From Clostridiales bacterium (lineage in GTDB: Bacteria; Bacillota; Clostridia; Lachnospirales; WRAX01): a stretch of 54,660 nucleotides of DNA. Each line of letters begins with the position of its first letter. Within the stretch, counting starts at the first letter, position 1. The stretch lies in the NCBI GenBank assembly GCA_031277225.1, contig JAITMQ010000134.1:1-54660 (forward strand). Reading direction: 5' to 3'. Shown one piece after another: positions 34,069 to 42,880 of the stretch. Position numbers and translations under genes: made by a program. The notes below the pieces were generated by a model, which was not told the DNA's origin, did no database searches, and saw only the letters and a list, made by a program, of their open reading frames with translations.

Positions 34069-35649
34069 ATGAAGCGTAAAATCTCAATAACCATATTTCT
34101 GGCGGCCCTGCTGGCGATAATTTTTGCCACGCCCGCCTTTGCCCGCGTCGGCCAAATCGGCTTTTTCGGCGGCATAACCGAGGGCGTTCGCCTTCCGTTG
34201 ACAACGGAACAAATGATTGCCGACGCAAACACGGGCGGCCAAAGCGACGCAAATTTCAGAAATATGTTCTATACCGAAATTATTTGGCTGGACGGGATGC
34301 CCACGGAATTTGAAGGCCTTATGAATATGACGGTGAACAATGCTCGCGGACGGGGCGCAAACCCCAATTTTGGCACGCGAACCGTGCGCTATGAAATTCT
34401 TCCAAGCGACATAATCACGGCGGACGGCGTTTCTCTTGAGCGCGATATTACCTTCACCGTAACCTGGCGGCGCGAGGGCAATCAAGTCATTGAAACCTAT
34501 ACCGTGGCCAGAACGGGCGCCAGAATCCGCTGGGCGGAAACCATTACAACCCCCGACGGCACTTTTGAACTTATCCCCGAATTAAGCCATTTTGAGGTGA
34601 GTATCATTCGTGATATTACTCCGGGTGTAACTTATTATAGCGGGAATATTTCCATGCGCGCGGTCTATGCCGCCGCTGACGGCGAAACAGTCATCCATTA
34701 TTTGACAGGTAAGATTTACGGCTATGTTTCGGCATGGTCCGCCACGGAAACGCATCGTTTAGACGGGCTTGTAATCATGCCGACGGGGGAAATTCACTAT
34801 TCAAATGTGCCGAGCGTTGCCGTGAGTAAGGAATTGCAATATTCGCTTAACGAGCCTACTTTAATCAGCTTTTTCGGCAATTATAGAGAGATTACGACGA
34901 ATCAAAGCGGCCTAAACTTCGTTATAAATACCATGCCGGCCGAATTTTACGGACGACCTACGACAGGCCGCGCCACAATCAGCAGCTTTAACCGCTTCGA
35001 GCAGCTTATAGCCCCAAATTTAAACCATTTGCGCGGGCATTTTGCCTATCAAGACATTCGCCGCCTTTTCGCCATGGAGGTCATCACGGGAAATCCGAAT
35101 CATTTTGTGCCGAATCAAGCGGTTAGTCGCGCGGAATTTATGACAATGCTGGCAAGGGCGGTCAAATTGCCGCTTGACCCCGCGCATTTAACGCCGCCAC
35201 CGCCGCCAAGGGGCAATCGCCCCGTGCAAATTTTCCAGATTTTCCCGGATTTATGGCCGGACAGACCCGATTATGCCTATTTGCGAGCGATTAATGACGC
35301 GGGAATTGCGCAAGGGCGCGGCGACGGGCATTTCCATCCCGACCAAATTATTTATCGCGAGGAGGCATATGTGCTGACTTTGCGGGTTTTGGGCCTGTCG
35401 AATTTAGGGCTTGACCCCATGCCGATGCTGCCATATGTTGACAGTTATAGAATCAGCGCTTGGGCGCTAAACGACATAAATGCCGCCACGCGCATAGGCC
35501 TAATCGCCCCCGACGAAGACGGCATGTTGCACCCTCAAGAATACCTGACAAAGGCGCAGGCGGCGGCTTTGATAAATCGCCTGATTGAATATATGCGCCA
35601 TGAATTGATAAGAGATTATACAGAGAATATAATCAATTTTATGAACTAA
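34069..35649 (+). CDS. SLH-domain cell-wall protein (three C-terminal SLH repeats)
   Basis: Signal peptide MKRKISITIFLAALLAIIFATPAFA. C-terminus: FAMEVITGN..VSRAEFMTMLARAV, YAYLRAINDAGIAQGRGDG..IYREEAYVLTLRVLG and AWALNDINAATRIGLI..LTKAQAAALINRL. Confidence 0.85.
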   Translation: MKRKISITIFLAALLAIIFATPAFARVGQIGFFGGITEGVRLPLTTEQMIADANTGGQSDANFRNMFYTEIIWLDGMPTEFEGLMNMTVNNARGRGANPNFGTRTVRYEILPSDIITADGVSLERDITFTVTWRREGNQVIETYTVARTGARIRWAETITTPDGTFELIPELSHFEVSIIRDITPGVTYYSGNISMRAVYAAADGETVIHYLTGKIYGYVSAWSATETHRLDGLVIMPTGEIHYSNVPSVAVSKELQYSLNEPTLISFFGNYREITTNQSGLNFVINTMPAEFYGRPTTGRATISSFNRFEQLIAPNLNHLRGHFAYQDIRRLFAMEVITGNPNHFVPNQAVSRAEFMTMLARAVKLPLDPAHLTPPPPPRGNRPVQIFQIFPDLWPDRPDYAYLRAINDAGIAQGRGDGHFHPDQIIYREEAYVLTLRVLGLSNLGLDPMPMLPYVDSYRISAWALNDINAATRIGLIAPDEDGMLHPQEYLTKAQAAALINRLIEYMRHELIRDYTENIINFMN

Positions 35650-35664
35650 TAAGTGGGGGATTAA

Positions 35665-37230
<1,566 letters not shown>

Positions 37231-37243
37231 GACAGGAGGCGCA

Positions 37244-37570
37244 ATGTTACGACAATTTGTGGAAACAACCATATTCAGCAAGCGTTGGCTGGAACTGGGA
37301 TTAGATGACGATGATTTGTTAGAGCTACAAAAATACTTAATGAAAAATCCGACCTCCGGCAATATTATTATAGGAACAGGAGGGGCAAGGAAATTGCGTT
37401 TTGCCCTGCCAAACAAAGGCAAAAGAGGCGGCGTGAGAGTCATTTATGTGGATGTGTTGCAGGATGAGCAAATACACTTACTTTTGTGCTATGCTAAATC
37501 TAAACAAGGGAATTTAACAGAAACACAAAGACAACAATTGAAGGCTCTTATCAAGATTATTAAGAGGTGA
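37244..37570 (+). CDS. higB: HigB-2 / RelE-like toxin (PF06296-type)
   Basis: FVETTIFSKRW..LQKYLMKNPTSGNIIIGTGGARKLRFALPNKGKRGGVRVIYV...LLLCYAKSKQGNLT is collinear with Vibrio HigB-2. RBS AGGAGG. Confidence 0.8.
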   Translation: MLRQFVETTIFSKRWLELGLDDDDLLELQKYLMKNPTSGNIIIGTGGARKLRFALPNKGKRGGVRVIYVDVLQDEQIHLLLCYAKSKQGNLTETQRQQLKALIKIIKR

Positions 37571-37574
37571 GAAT

Positions 37575-37769
37575 ATGGATAAAGATTTATTTGATGATTT
37601 AATAGCGTCCTGCCAAGAGGTGATAGCGCACCAAAAGGGCTTGATTCAGCTAAAAACGACTACTGTTGAAATTCCCGATTCTGAAATTGGAAGAAGTCGG
37701 CTATTTGAAGCGGGCTTTCCGGCGGGGGATTTTAGCGGAAGAGAAGATTTTGTGGGGGCAAAAATATGA
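37575..37769 (+). CDS. HigA-2-like antitoxin N-terminal region, apparently lacking the HTH domain
   Basis: MDKDLFDDLIASCQEVIAHQKG.. matches the HigA-2 N-terminus. No XRE-type HTH follows in this frame. The stop overlaps the next gene's ATG (ATGA). Confidence 0.5.
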   Translation: MDKDLFDDLIASCQEVIAHQKGLIQLKTTTVEIPDSEIGRSRLFEAGFPAGDFSGREDFVGAKI

Positions 37770-38164
37770 AAAAGATAGTCTTGTGCGGGAGCATGGATTT
37801 TATTGGCAGGATGGCGGAATGTGCCGAAATTTTGCGCAGGGCGGGGCTTGCGCCTGTGGTGCCTGTGTCGGATGATTTGGATTTTATTGAAGCGGCCGGG
37901 CGAAATGAATTCAAAAAGCGAGTGTCCCGCGCGCATTTTGACGAAATAGCAGACAAGGAAACATTTGCCATTTTGGTGGTGAATGACAGGAAAAACGGGC
38001 AGGACAATTATATCGGCGCAAGCACTTTCGCCGAAATCGCCTTGGCATTTTATTTTGAGAAGGAGATTTATGTCCTAAACGATTTGTATAGTCCCTATGC
38101 CGACGAGCTGGCGGCGTGGGGCGCGCGCCTACTTCGGGGGAATCTTCAAAATATTACAACTTAG
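37766..38164 (+). CDS. nucleoside 2-deoxyribosyltransferase-like small protein
   Basis: MKKIVLCGSMDF... ..NYIGASTFAEIALAFYFEKEIYVL fits the NDT-like Rossmann family pattern. Confidence 0.5.
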   Translation: MKKIVLCGSMDFIGRMAECAEILRRAGLAPVVPVSDDLDFIEAAGRNEFKKRVSRAHFDEIADKETFAILVVNDRKNGQDNYIGASTFAEIALAFYFEKEIYVLNDLYSPYADELAAWGARLLRGNLQNITT

Positions 38165-38215
38165 GGGATTCCCACTTTTGCGAGAATATATGCAAATAAG
38201 CTAGGTTAAAACAAA

Positions 38216-38236
38216 AACAGGGCACTGCGCCCTGTC
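38216..38236. terminator. bidirectional terminator hairpin
   Basis: ACAGGGC-ACTGC-GCCCTGT between convergent genes, with A/T runs on both sides. Confidence 0.6.
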
Positions 38237-38259
38237 TTCAATTGCTGATTTATCTTGAT

Positions 38260-38835
38260 TCATGCCGCTTCAATTCCGTTTCCGGCATGGCCCGCATTTT
38301 TGGCTCCGGCCAGAAATGCGTTTATGGCCAATTCTAAACTTTGCGGGGTATACAGTCTATATTTGAAATTGTAAAACAAAAGTTTCCAAAATTCTATTAG
38401 TTTGTTGCGATTTGGTGCATTATTGTAATCTATTCCACATTCAAAAAGCAGCTCATAAAATAAGATATTTGCCGCAACCATTTCATTTATGTATAAACTA
38501 TCTCCGAGCAGTTCACCAACTATTTGAATGGGCTTTCTTCTTAAAAACCAAGATATTCCATATCCATTGGCTTTTTCCAAGCTTGCGCCCTGCATGGGGT
38601 GAAAAGCCATGGCTCTGTCTATATCTGCAAAATAGTCCAACGTAGCAATTTCTAGCAGAGCATCCCGAACAACAACCTTAGCGGTGTCCAAGCCCAATTT
38701 ACCTAATACTTTGTATGTCTGCGATGTTAATTCCAAATAATGGTCAACAATCTCATCCAAGGTAAAATTGGGCTTGCCACCTTTCCAGAGGTAGTTATAG
38801 GACTGTTTATCGTTTGCATGATCCACAATCCTCAC
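38260..38835 (-). CDS. hypothetical all-helical protein (191 aa), AT-rich gene
   Basis: Long ORF with no recognised motifs. GTG start at 38835 or 38826, after GGGGGTGAGG. Visibly lower GC than the flanks. Confidence 0.55.
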   Translation of the reverse strand: MRIVDHANDKQSYNYLWKGGKPNFTLDEIVDHYLELTSQTYKVLGKLGLDTAKVVVRDALLEIATLDYFADIDRAMAFHPMQGASLEKANGYGISWFLRRKPIQIVGELLGDSLYINEMVAANILFYELLFECGIDYNNAPNRNKLIEFWKLLFYNFKYRLYTPQSLELAINAFLAGAKNAGHAGNGIEAA

Positions 38836-38838
38836 CCC

Positions 38839-39060
38839 CTAAGCTAAAGCGTTGACTTCTTTAAAAAAGTCCGAATCAAGATAATCCGAAAACGCTTGCT
38901 CCCTTTTCTTTTTGTGCTCTGCTTTTTTGGTCTCCACCTCGTCCGCATCTACTGCAGCAAACTGCGCCGCATTGACGGAAACATCTCTTCTGTGATGGCC
39001 ACTTAGCAATCTTTGCCTAAAGGCCTCACCCGCTTTCTTTAAATCATCTTCACCAATCAT
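38839..39060 (-). CDS. hypothetical small charged protein (73 aa)
   Basis: RBS GGGAGG 7 nt before the ATG. Own promoter TTGTCA-17-TATAAT on the minus strand about 39090-39118. Confidence 0.5.
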   Translation of the reverse strand: MIGEDDLKKAGEAFRQRLLSGHHRRDVSVNAAQFAAVDADEVETKKAEHKKKREQAFSDYLDSDFFKEVNALA

Positions 39061-39169
39061 CAAAATCCTCCCTTTCTGAAGTAATATTATAAGCTCCAGA
39101 CTATATTATATCATAATTATTTTACCATGACAACAAAGAGTTCAAATTTTAATTAAATTTTAATTTGCT

Positions 39170-41452
39170 CTATCGCTGCAAAAGATGCATTTCTTCTATT
39201 AGCTCGTCGGGGACTATTTTGCCTAGTTGGCTGATTCTTTGCATTTGATTGGCCAGCTTTTGTTGCGCTTGTCGGTTTTTCATGTCAAATTGCCGCAGGG
39301 CCTCGGCATATTGCGGGTTTGAGGCCAGTTTTTCGCGCAATTCCTGCGGGAAGGGGCAATATTGGAACATAATTTTGCGCGCGACTTTGTTTAGGCGTTG
39401 CGAGCCGCCCGCCTCATATGTCAGCCAGTCTATATAATTGCGCACAAATACCGCACGATAGACATTTCGGGCGCGCACAAGCTCTGTTTTAACGGAAGAT
39501 TTTGCCTCCAGCGACAACTCTCTGTTGTTTCTATAAAACTGCAAATAGTTAAAATATTCGCTTGTCAGCGAGGGCGAAGACAGGTCGCTCCATCTTGCAC
39601 CCTGCACGCGCTTGCACATTTCCCAGCGGAATTCGCCCACAAGGCGCATAAACGCGGGCCGCAGGTCTTCCAAATAGAAGGTTGGCAAAAACATTCGCGC
39701 GCTTGTTTGGCGGTTGCGGCCCTCAATTTCCTGCCACATAACGCCGCGCGTGCCCACATTGGGCATGAGGATTATATTGGGCATATGCTCTTTGCCAAGC
39801 TGCATACTATTTATGCCAATATCCGGATTTGAATAGACGACATCCCTATAAAACGCCGAAAAATCAAGGCTTAGAATCTCATCCATTCTTTCTTTGAGAA
39901 TGTCGGCGGTAACCAGGCAGCGATGCAGATGGCGCTGCACATTATGGTCGCCAAAAAGCGGGCAATAGGACGTGATTCGGCCAAAGGTGATTTTGTTGCC
40001 GATTGGGAAGACGGCCTCCAGCTCAAAGCGCAATTTGCCCATTTTATCCACCAAAAGCCGGCGTTCTTCTTTGTCGGCAACATCCGGCATAAGCCGTCTG
40101 GCCTGCACCGATTCTTTGACATATGTGGCATAATCCGTGTCCAAATCGCCTTGACTTGGCTCTTTTTCGCCATTATAGATGGCCGTCAGCCATTCCACAA
40201 TGGTATAAATTCCCTGCTGTGGATTGCCTTTAAAGGAATCGGCAATCGAAAACAGATAGTCCGCATTTTCCGCGCCCGCAAGGGCCACGTCTACGAAGCC
40301 GAAGTTCAGGAACATCTTGATAATCGTCGGAACTTTGGGTTCTTTAAGGGTCTTAATGAAAATTGCGGTGTAAATTTCGTAAAAGGTCTTTGTAAGCTCG
40401 CGGCGAAGGCGGAAAACCTCGTCTTCGCTGCTGGTTCTGTCCCTAAATTGCGTGAATTCATAGACCCCGCGCGCAAATTTATTGCGCTCCTCTTCCTTAA
40501 GCCCGGAATATTCCAAAATTGTGTAAAGCGCGTCTTTAAGGTTTTGCTTAACGCCGTCTTCGTCGAGAGCCTCGATAATCTCGCCCATGGCCTCGCGCCT
40601 TTGCACCAAGTCTTCTTCCTTAAGAGCCAAACGCTTAATTAGCAGGCTTTGCTCAAGGCTTGTAAGCTCTTTAAGCATCTCTTTAACCGGCGCGGAAATC
40701 ATGGAAATAGCCTCGTCTGCGCCCTTTATATTAACCGAACCGACATGCAATTCCGCAATAAGCGCAAGTATGTCATGTTCGGATTCGTCCAAATACATTT
40801 TGGAAATATTGTCCAAATATTCGCGATACAGCCGCACGGACTGCATAATTTTGGAAATATGCTCGACCCCAATATGTAAAAAGCCCATAGAAATGTGGGC
40901 ATTGCTAAAAATTTCTTTTTTCACGGCGGATTCAAGGCCGACAAATTCGGGATAATAAGAGGGAAGCCAATCTTCGATAAGGTCATTTTCGCCGGGCTGG
41001 GTCAGCGCGTCAAAGCCATGCAGACGCTTTGCGGCAAAGGAATATAGCCCGCAAAGCCGCTCATATTCGGGAAAGGCGGCCTTTAGCACAGAATAGGCCT
41101 TTTTGGCCTCCTCAATCAATTCTGCACGATATTCAATTAAATTCGATGTCTGCACATACATTGACGACACAACTTTGCTCATTAAATCGGCGTTTCCGCG
41201 CAAAAAACCGCCCACATCGGCGAAATTTTCGCAAGGATAGGCGAAAAGCGTAACCTCGTCGGCGGCGCGATAGCTCATGCCGTAAATTCCGCGAGAAACC
41301 CCGCAAACGCCGACCGTATCCCCCTGCCCATAGACAAATTTGCGCCCCGAAAAATCCGCCTCGATGCGCCCTTTTGCCACAAAAAATATGGCGTCAAAAC
41401 GCGCGCCGACATCGCGAATAATATCCCCTTCTTTAAAAGTCGTTAAAGCCAT
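39170..41452 (-). CDS. large cytoplasmic protein (760 aa) with an N-terminal cNMP-binding-like beta-barrel and an uncharacterised helical C-terminal region
   Basis: The N-terminus FKEGDIIRDVGARFDAIFFVAKGRIEA..GQGDTVGVCGV...SYRAADEVTLFAY has CAP-family cNMP-binding topology. I recognise no domain in the remaining roughly 650 aa. ATG 41452 follows GGAG. Confidence 0.7.
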   Translation of the reverse strand: MALTTFKEGDIIRDVGARFDAIFFVAKGRIEADFSGRKFVYGQGDTVGVCGVSRGIYGMSYRAADEVTLFAYPCENFADVGGFLRGNADLMSKVVSSMYVQTSNLIEYRAELIEEAKKAYSVLKAAFPEYERLCGLYSFAAKRLHGFDALTQPGENDLIEDWLPSYYPEFVGLESAVKKEIFSNAHISMGFLHIGVEHISKIMQSVRLYREYLDNISKMYLDESEHDILALIAELHVGSVNIKGADEAISMISAPVKEMLKELTSLEQSLLIKRLALKEEDLVQRREAMGEIIEALDEDGVKQNLKDALYTILEYSGLKEEERNKFARGVYEFTQFRDRTSSEDEVFRLRRELTKTFYEIYTAIFIKTLKEPKVPTIIKMFLNFGFVDVALAGAENADYLFSIADSFKGNPQQGIYTIVEWLTAIYNGEKEPSQGDLDTDYATYVKESVQARRLMPDVADKEERRLLVDKMGKLRFELEAVFPIGNKITFGRITSYCPLFGDHNVQRHLHRCLVTADILKERMDEILSLDFSAFYRDVVYSNPDIGINSMQLGKEHMPNIILMPNVGTRGVMWQEIEGRNRQTSARMFLPTFYLEDLRPAFMRLVGEFRWEMCKRVQGARWSDLSSPSLTSEYFNYLQFYRNNRELSLEAKSSVKTELVRARNVYRAVFVRNYIDWLTYEAGGSQRLNKVARKIMFQYCPFPQELREKLASNPQYAEALRQFDMKNRQAQQKLANQMQRISQLGKIVPDELIEEMHLLQR

Positions 41453-41543
41453 GAATTCACTCCGTTCGTATTTTATAATGGATGGCATCCATTCTACCAC
41501 AAAAAAGACCCCGCGTCAAGGGCGGGGTATATTTGCTGGGGGA

Positions 41544-41744
41544 CTACTTCTTATAATAGCTTGCCACTTCATTTTCCGCCCACAAAACGTCCTCTTTGTC
41601 CATGGGGCCCTTCGCCTTAGAAATTAAAATATCCAAGCTTCCGACATCAATATTTTTATTTGCTTCCAAAAGGTCATAGCGAAGCTTTAAAAGGTCAAAA
41701 AGCCTGTCCACCAGCCTTTCACGTATTTCAGCCATATTCGGCAT
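41544..41744 (-). CDS. small helical protein, paralog 4 of 4 (66 aa)
   Basis: MPNMAEIRERLVDRLFDLLKLRYDLLEANKNIDVGSLDILISKAKGPMDKEDV.. GGAGG lies 7 nt upstream. Confidence 0.65.
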   Translation of the reverse strand: MPNMAEIRERLVDRLFDLLKLRYDLLEANKNIDVGSLDILISKAKGPMDKEDVLWAENEVASYYKK

Positions 41745-41756
41745 ATCGCCACCTCC

Positions 41757-41948
41757 TTATTTTATTCCCAAATACTCCCGCACATTCATTTCCACATCCG
41801 AAATAAGCTGCTTGGGCATTGCCGCTTTAGCTAAGGCAATCATCATGTCCAAATATTTAATTTCAATATCGGGATTTGAATATTTCACAAGCAAAAGCGG
41901 AAACAGCCTATTTGCCTGCCTTTCTCGAATTGCCAAAAATTCCGCCAT
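41757..41948 (-). CDS. small helical protein, paralog 3 of 4 (63 aa from ATG 41948)
   Basis: MAEFLAIRERQANRLFPLLLVKYSNPDIEIKYLDMMIALAKAAMPKQLISDV.. GGGGGTG SD. Confidence 0.6.
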   Translation of the reverse strand: MAEFLAIRERQANRLFPLLLVKYSNPDIEIKYLDMMIALAKAAMPKQLISDVEMNVREYLGIK

Positions 41949-41957
41949 AAGCACCCC

Positions 41958-42155
41958 CTATTTTTTACCAAAAACGCTATAAACACGCTTCTCCGTTGAA
42001 TCAATATCCTCTTTGGACATGGGCCCCATAGCGCGGGCAATCATATCGTCCAAGCCCTCTACATGATTTCCGGAATTTTCGTTTATAGCCTTAAGCTTCA
42101 AAAAGTCATAAAGCAGATTCATTTGCATTTGATGGATTTCCAAATGATTAGCCAT
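41958..42155 (-). CDS. small helical protein, paralog 2 of 4 (65 aa)
   Basis: MANHLEIHQMQMNLLYDFLKLKAINENSGNHVEGLDDMIARAMGPMSKEDI.. GGAGG lies 7 nt upstream. Confidence 0.65.
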   Translation of the reverse strand: MANHLEIHQMQMNLLYDFLKLKAINENSGNHVEGLDDMIARAMGPMSKEDIDSTEKRVYSVFGKK

Positions 42156-42166
42156 AAAGCCACCTC

Positions 42167-42376
42167 CTATTCCTTAATTTTCTTAGAAACAAATTTCGCC
42201 ACCTGCTCTTTCACAAAGGCGATTTCTTTGCTGTTAAGCCCTGTTTCTATACGGTATATACTTCTTTCCAATTCATTTAAAACGCCATGCCCGCGCGCCG
42301 TGTTTTCATGCTGTATCAAAAGAAGGTCATAAAGAGTGTTTGACAGCACAGTACTCAATTCTCGCTCTGATGCCAT
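42167..42376 (-). CDS. small helical protein, paralog 1 of 4 (69 aa)
   Basis: MASERELSTVLSNTLYDLLLIQHENTARGHGVLNELERSIYRIETGLNSKEIAFV.. GGAGG lies 7 nt upstream. Confidence 0.6.
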   Translation of the reverse strand: MASERELSTVLSNTLYDLLLIQHENTARGHGVLNELERSIYRIETGLNSKEIAFVKEQVAKFVSKKIKE

Positions 42377-42399
42377 AATACCACCTCCGCTTTTCTTCC

Positions 42400-42428
42400 A
42401 TTATATCACAATCCCCCCCGCCTGTCAA
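42400..42428 (-). promoter_or_regulatory. perfect-consensus promoter of the small-paralog/cNMP operon
   Basis: On the minus strand: TTGACA, 17 nt, TATAAT. The TSS would be about 15 nt from the first RBS. Confidence 0.7.
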
Positions 42429-42685
42429 ATTGTTAATTGTTGTAAAGCTTTCTAAGTTTTGCCTAACATATTTAGTCGAGATTTGCAAACCCTATTTTTG
42501 CAAGTAATTCAAGATAAAATTCCGAAAAAAGAAAAGGAAGATGGATTTTGTTAAAGTTTTATTACAAATTGATTAAAACCATTGCGAGGCACGCCACTTT
42601 ATGCTAGACTATAACCATCGTTTTAGATTCGGATAGGGTTTTATGTCATAAATGTTACAAGTCGGTTACACTTGATAAAGACCCG

Positions 42686-42714
42686 TTGACATGAGGCCCT
42701 CTCCCTGCTAAAAT
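42686..42714 (+). promoter_or_regulatory. strong promoter of the 1355-aa surface protein gene, giving a leader of about 160 nt
   Basis: TTGACA, 17 nt, TAAAAT. The RBS AAAGGAGGAA sits at 42866-42875. Confidence 0.65.
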
Positions 42715-42880
42715 GGTAATGTGAAAATTAAAAATGGGGCTTTTTCCCAAAAAATGTTGCGAGGCATATGCGCAGAAAGAGGCGATTCCCACCAAATCTT
42801 TCCCGCCAAGCCGCGCAACACAACTCCGAAAGGAGAAAGCCCTAACAAAATCCAATTTTATTTAAAGGAGGAAATTTCTT

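Noticed and set aside
41544-42376. Assigning the four small paralogs to the Spo0E aspartyl-phosphatase family.
   Set aside because: Only a loose helix-loop-helix and L-D-x-x-I resemblance exists. The diagnostic SQELD motif is absent and the proteins are about 20 aa longer. I left them as hypothetical pending profile searches.
37244-42376. The whole 37-42 kb accessory stretch could be a prophage or an integrative element.
   Set aside because: There is no integrase, recombinase, transposase, tRNA att site or phage structural gene. Only the local AT-rich modules hint at piecemeal acquisition.
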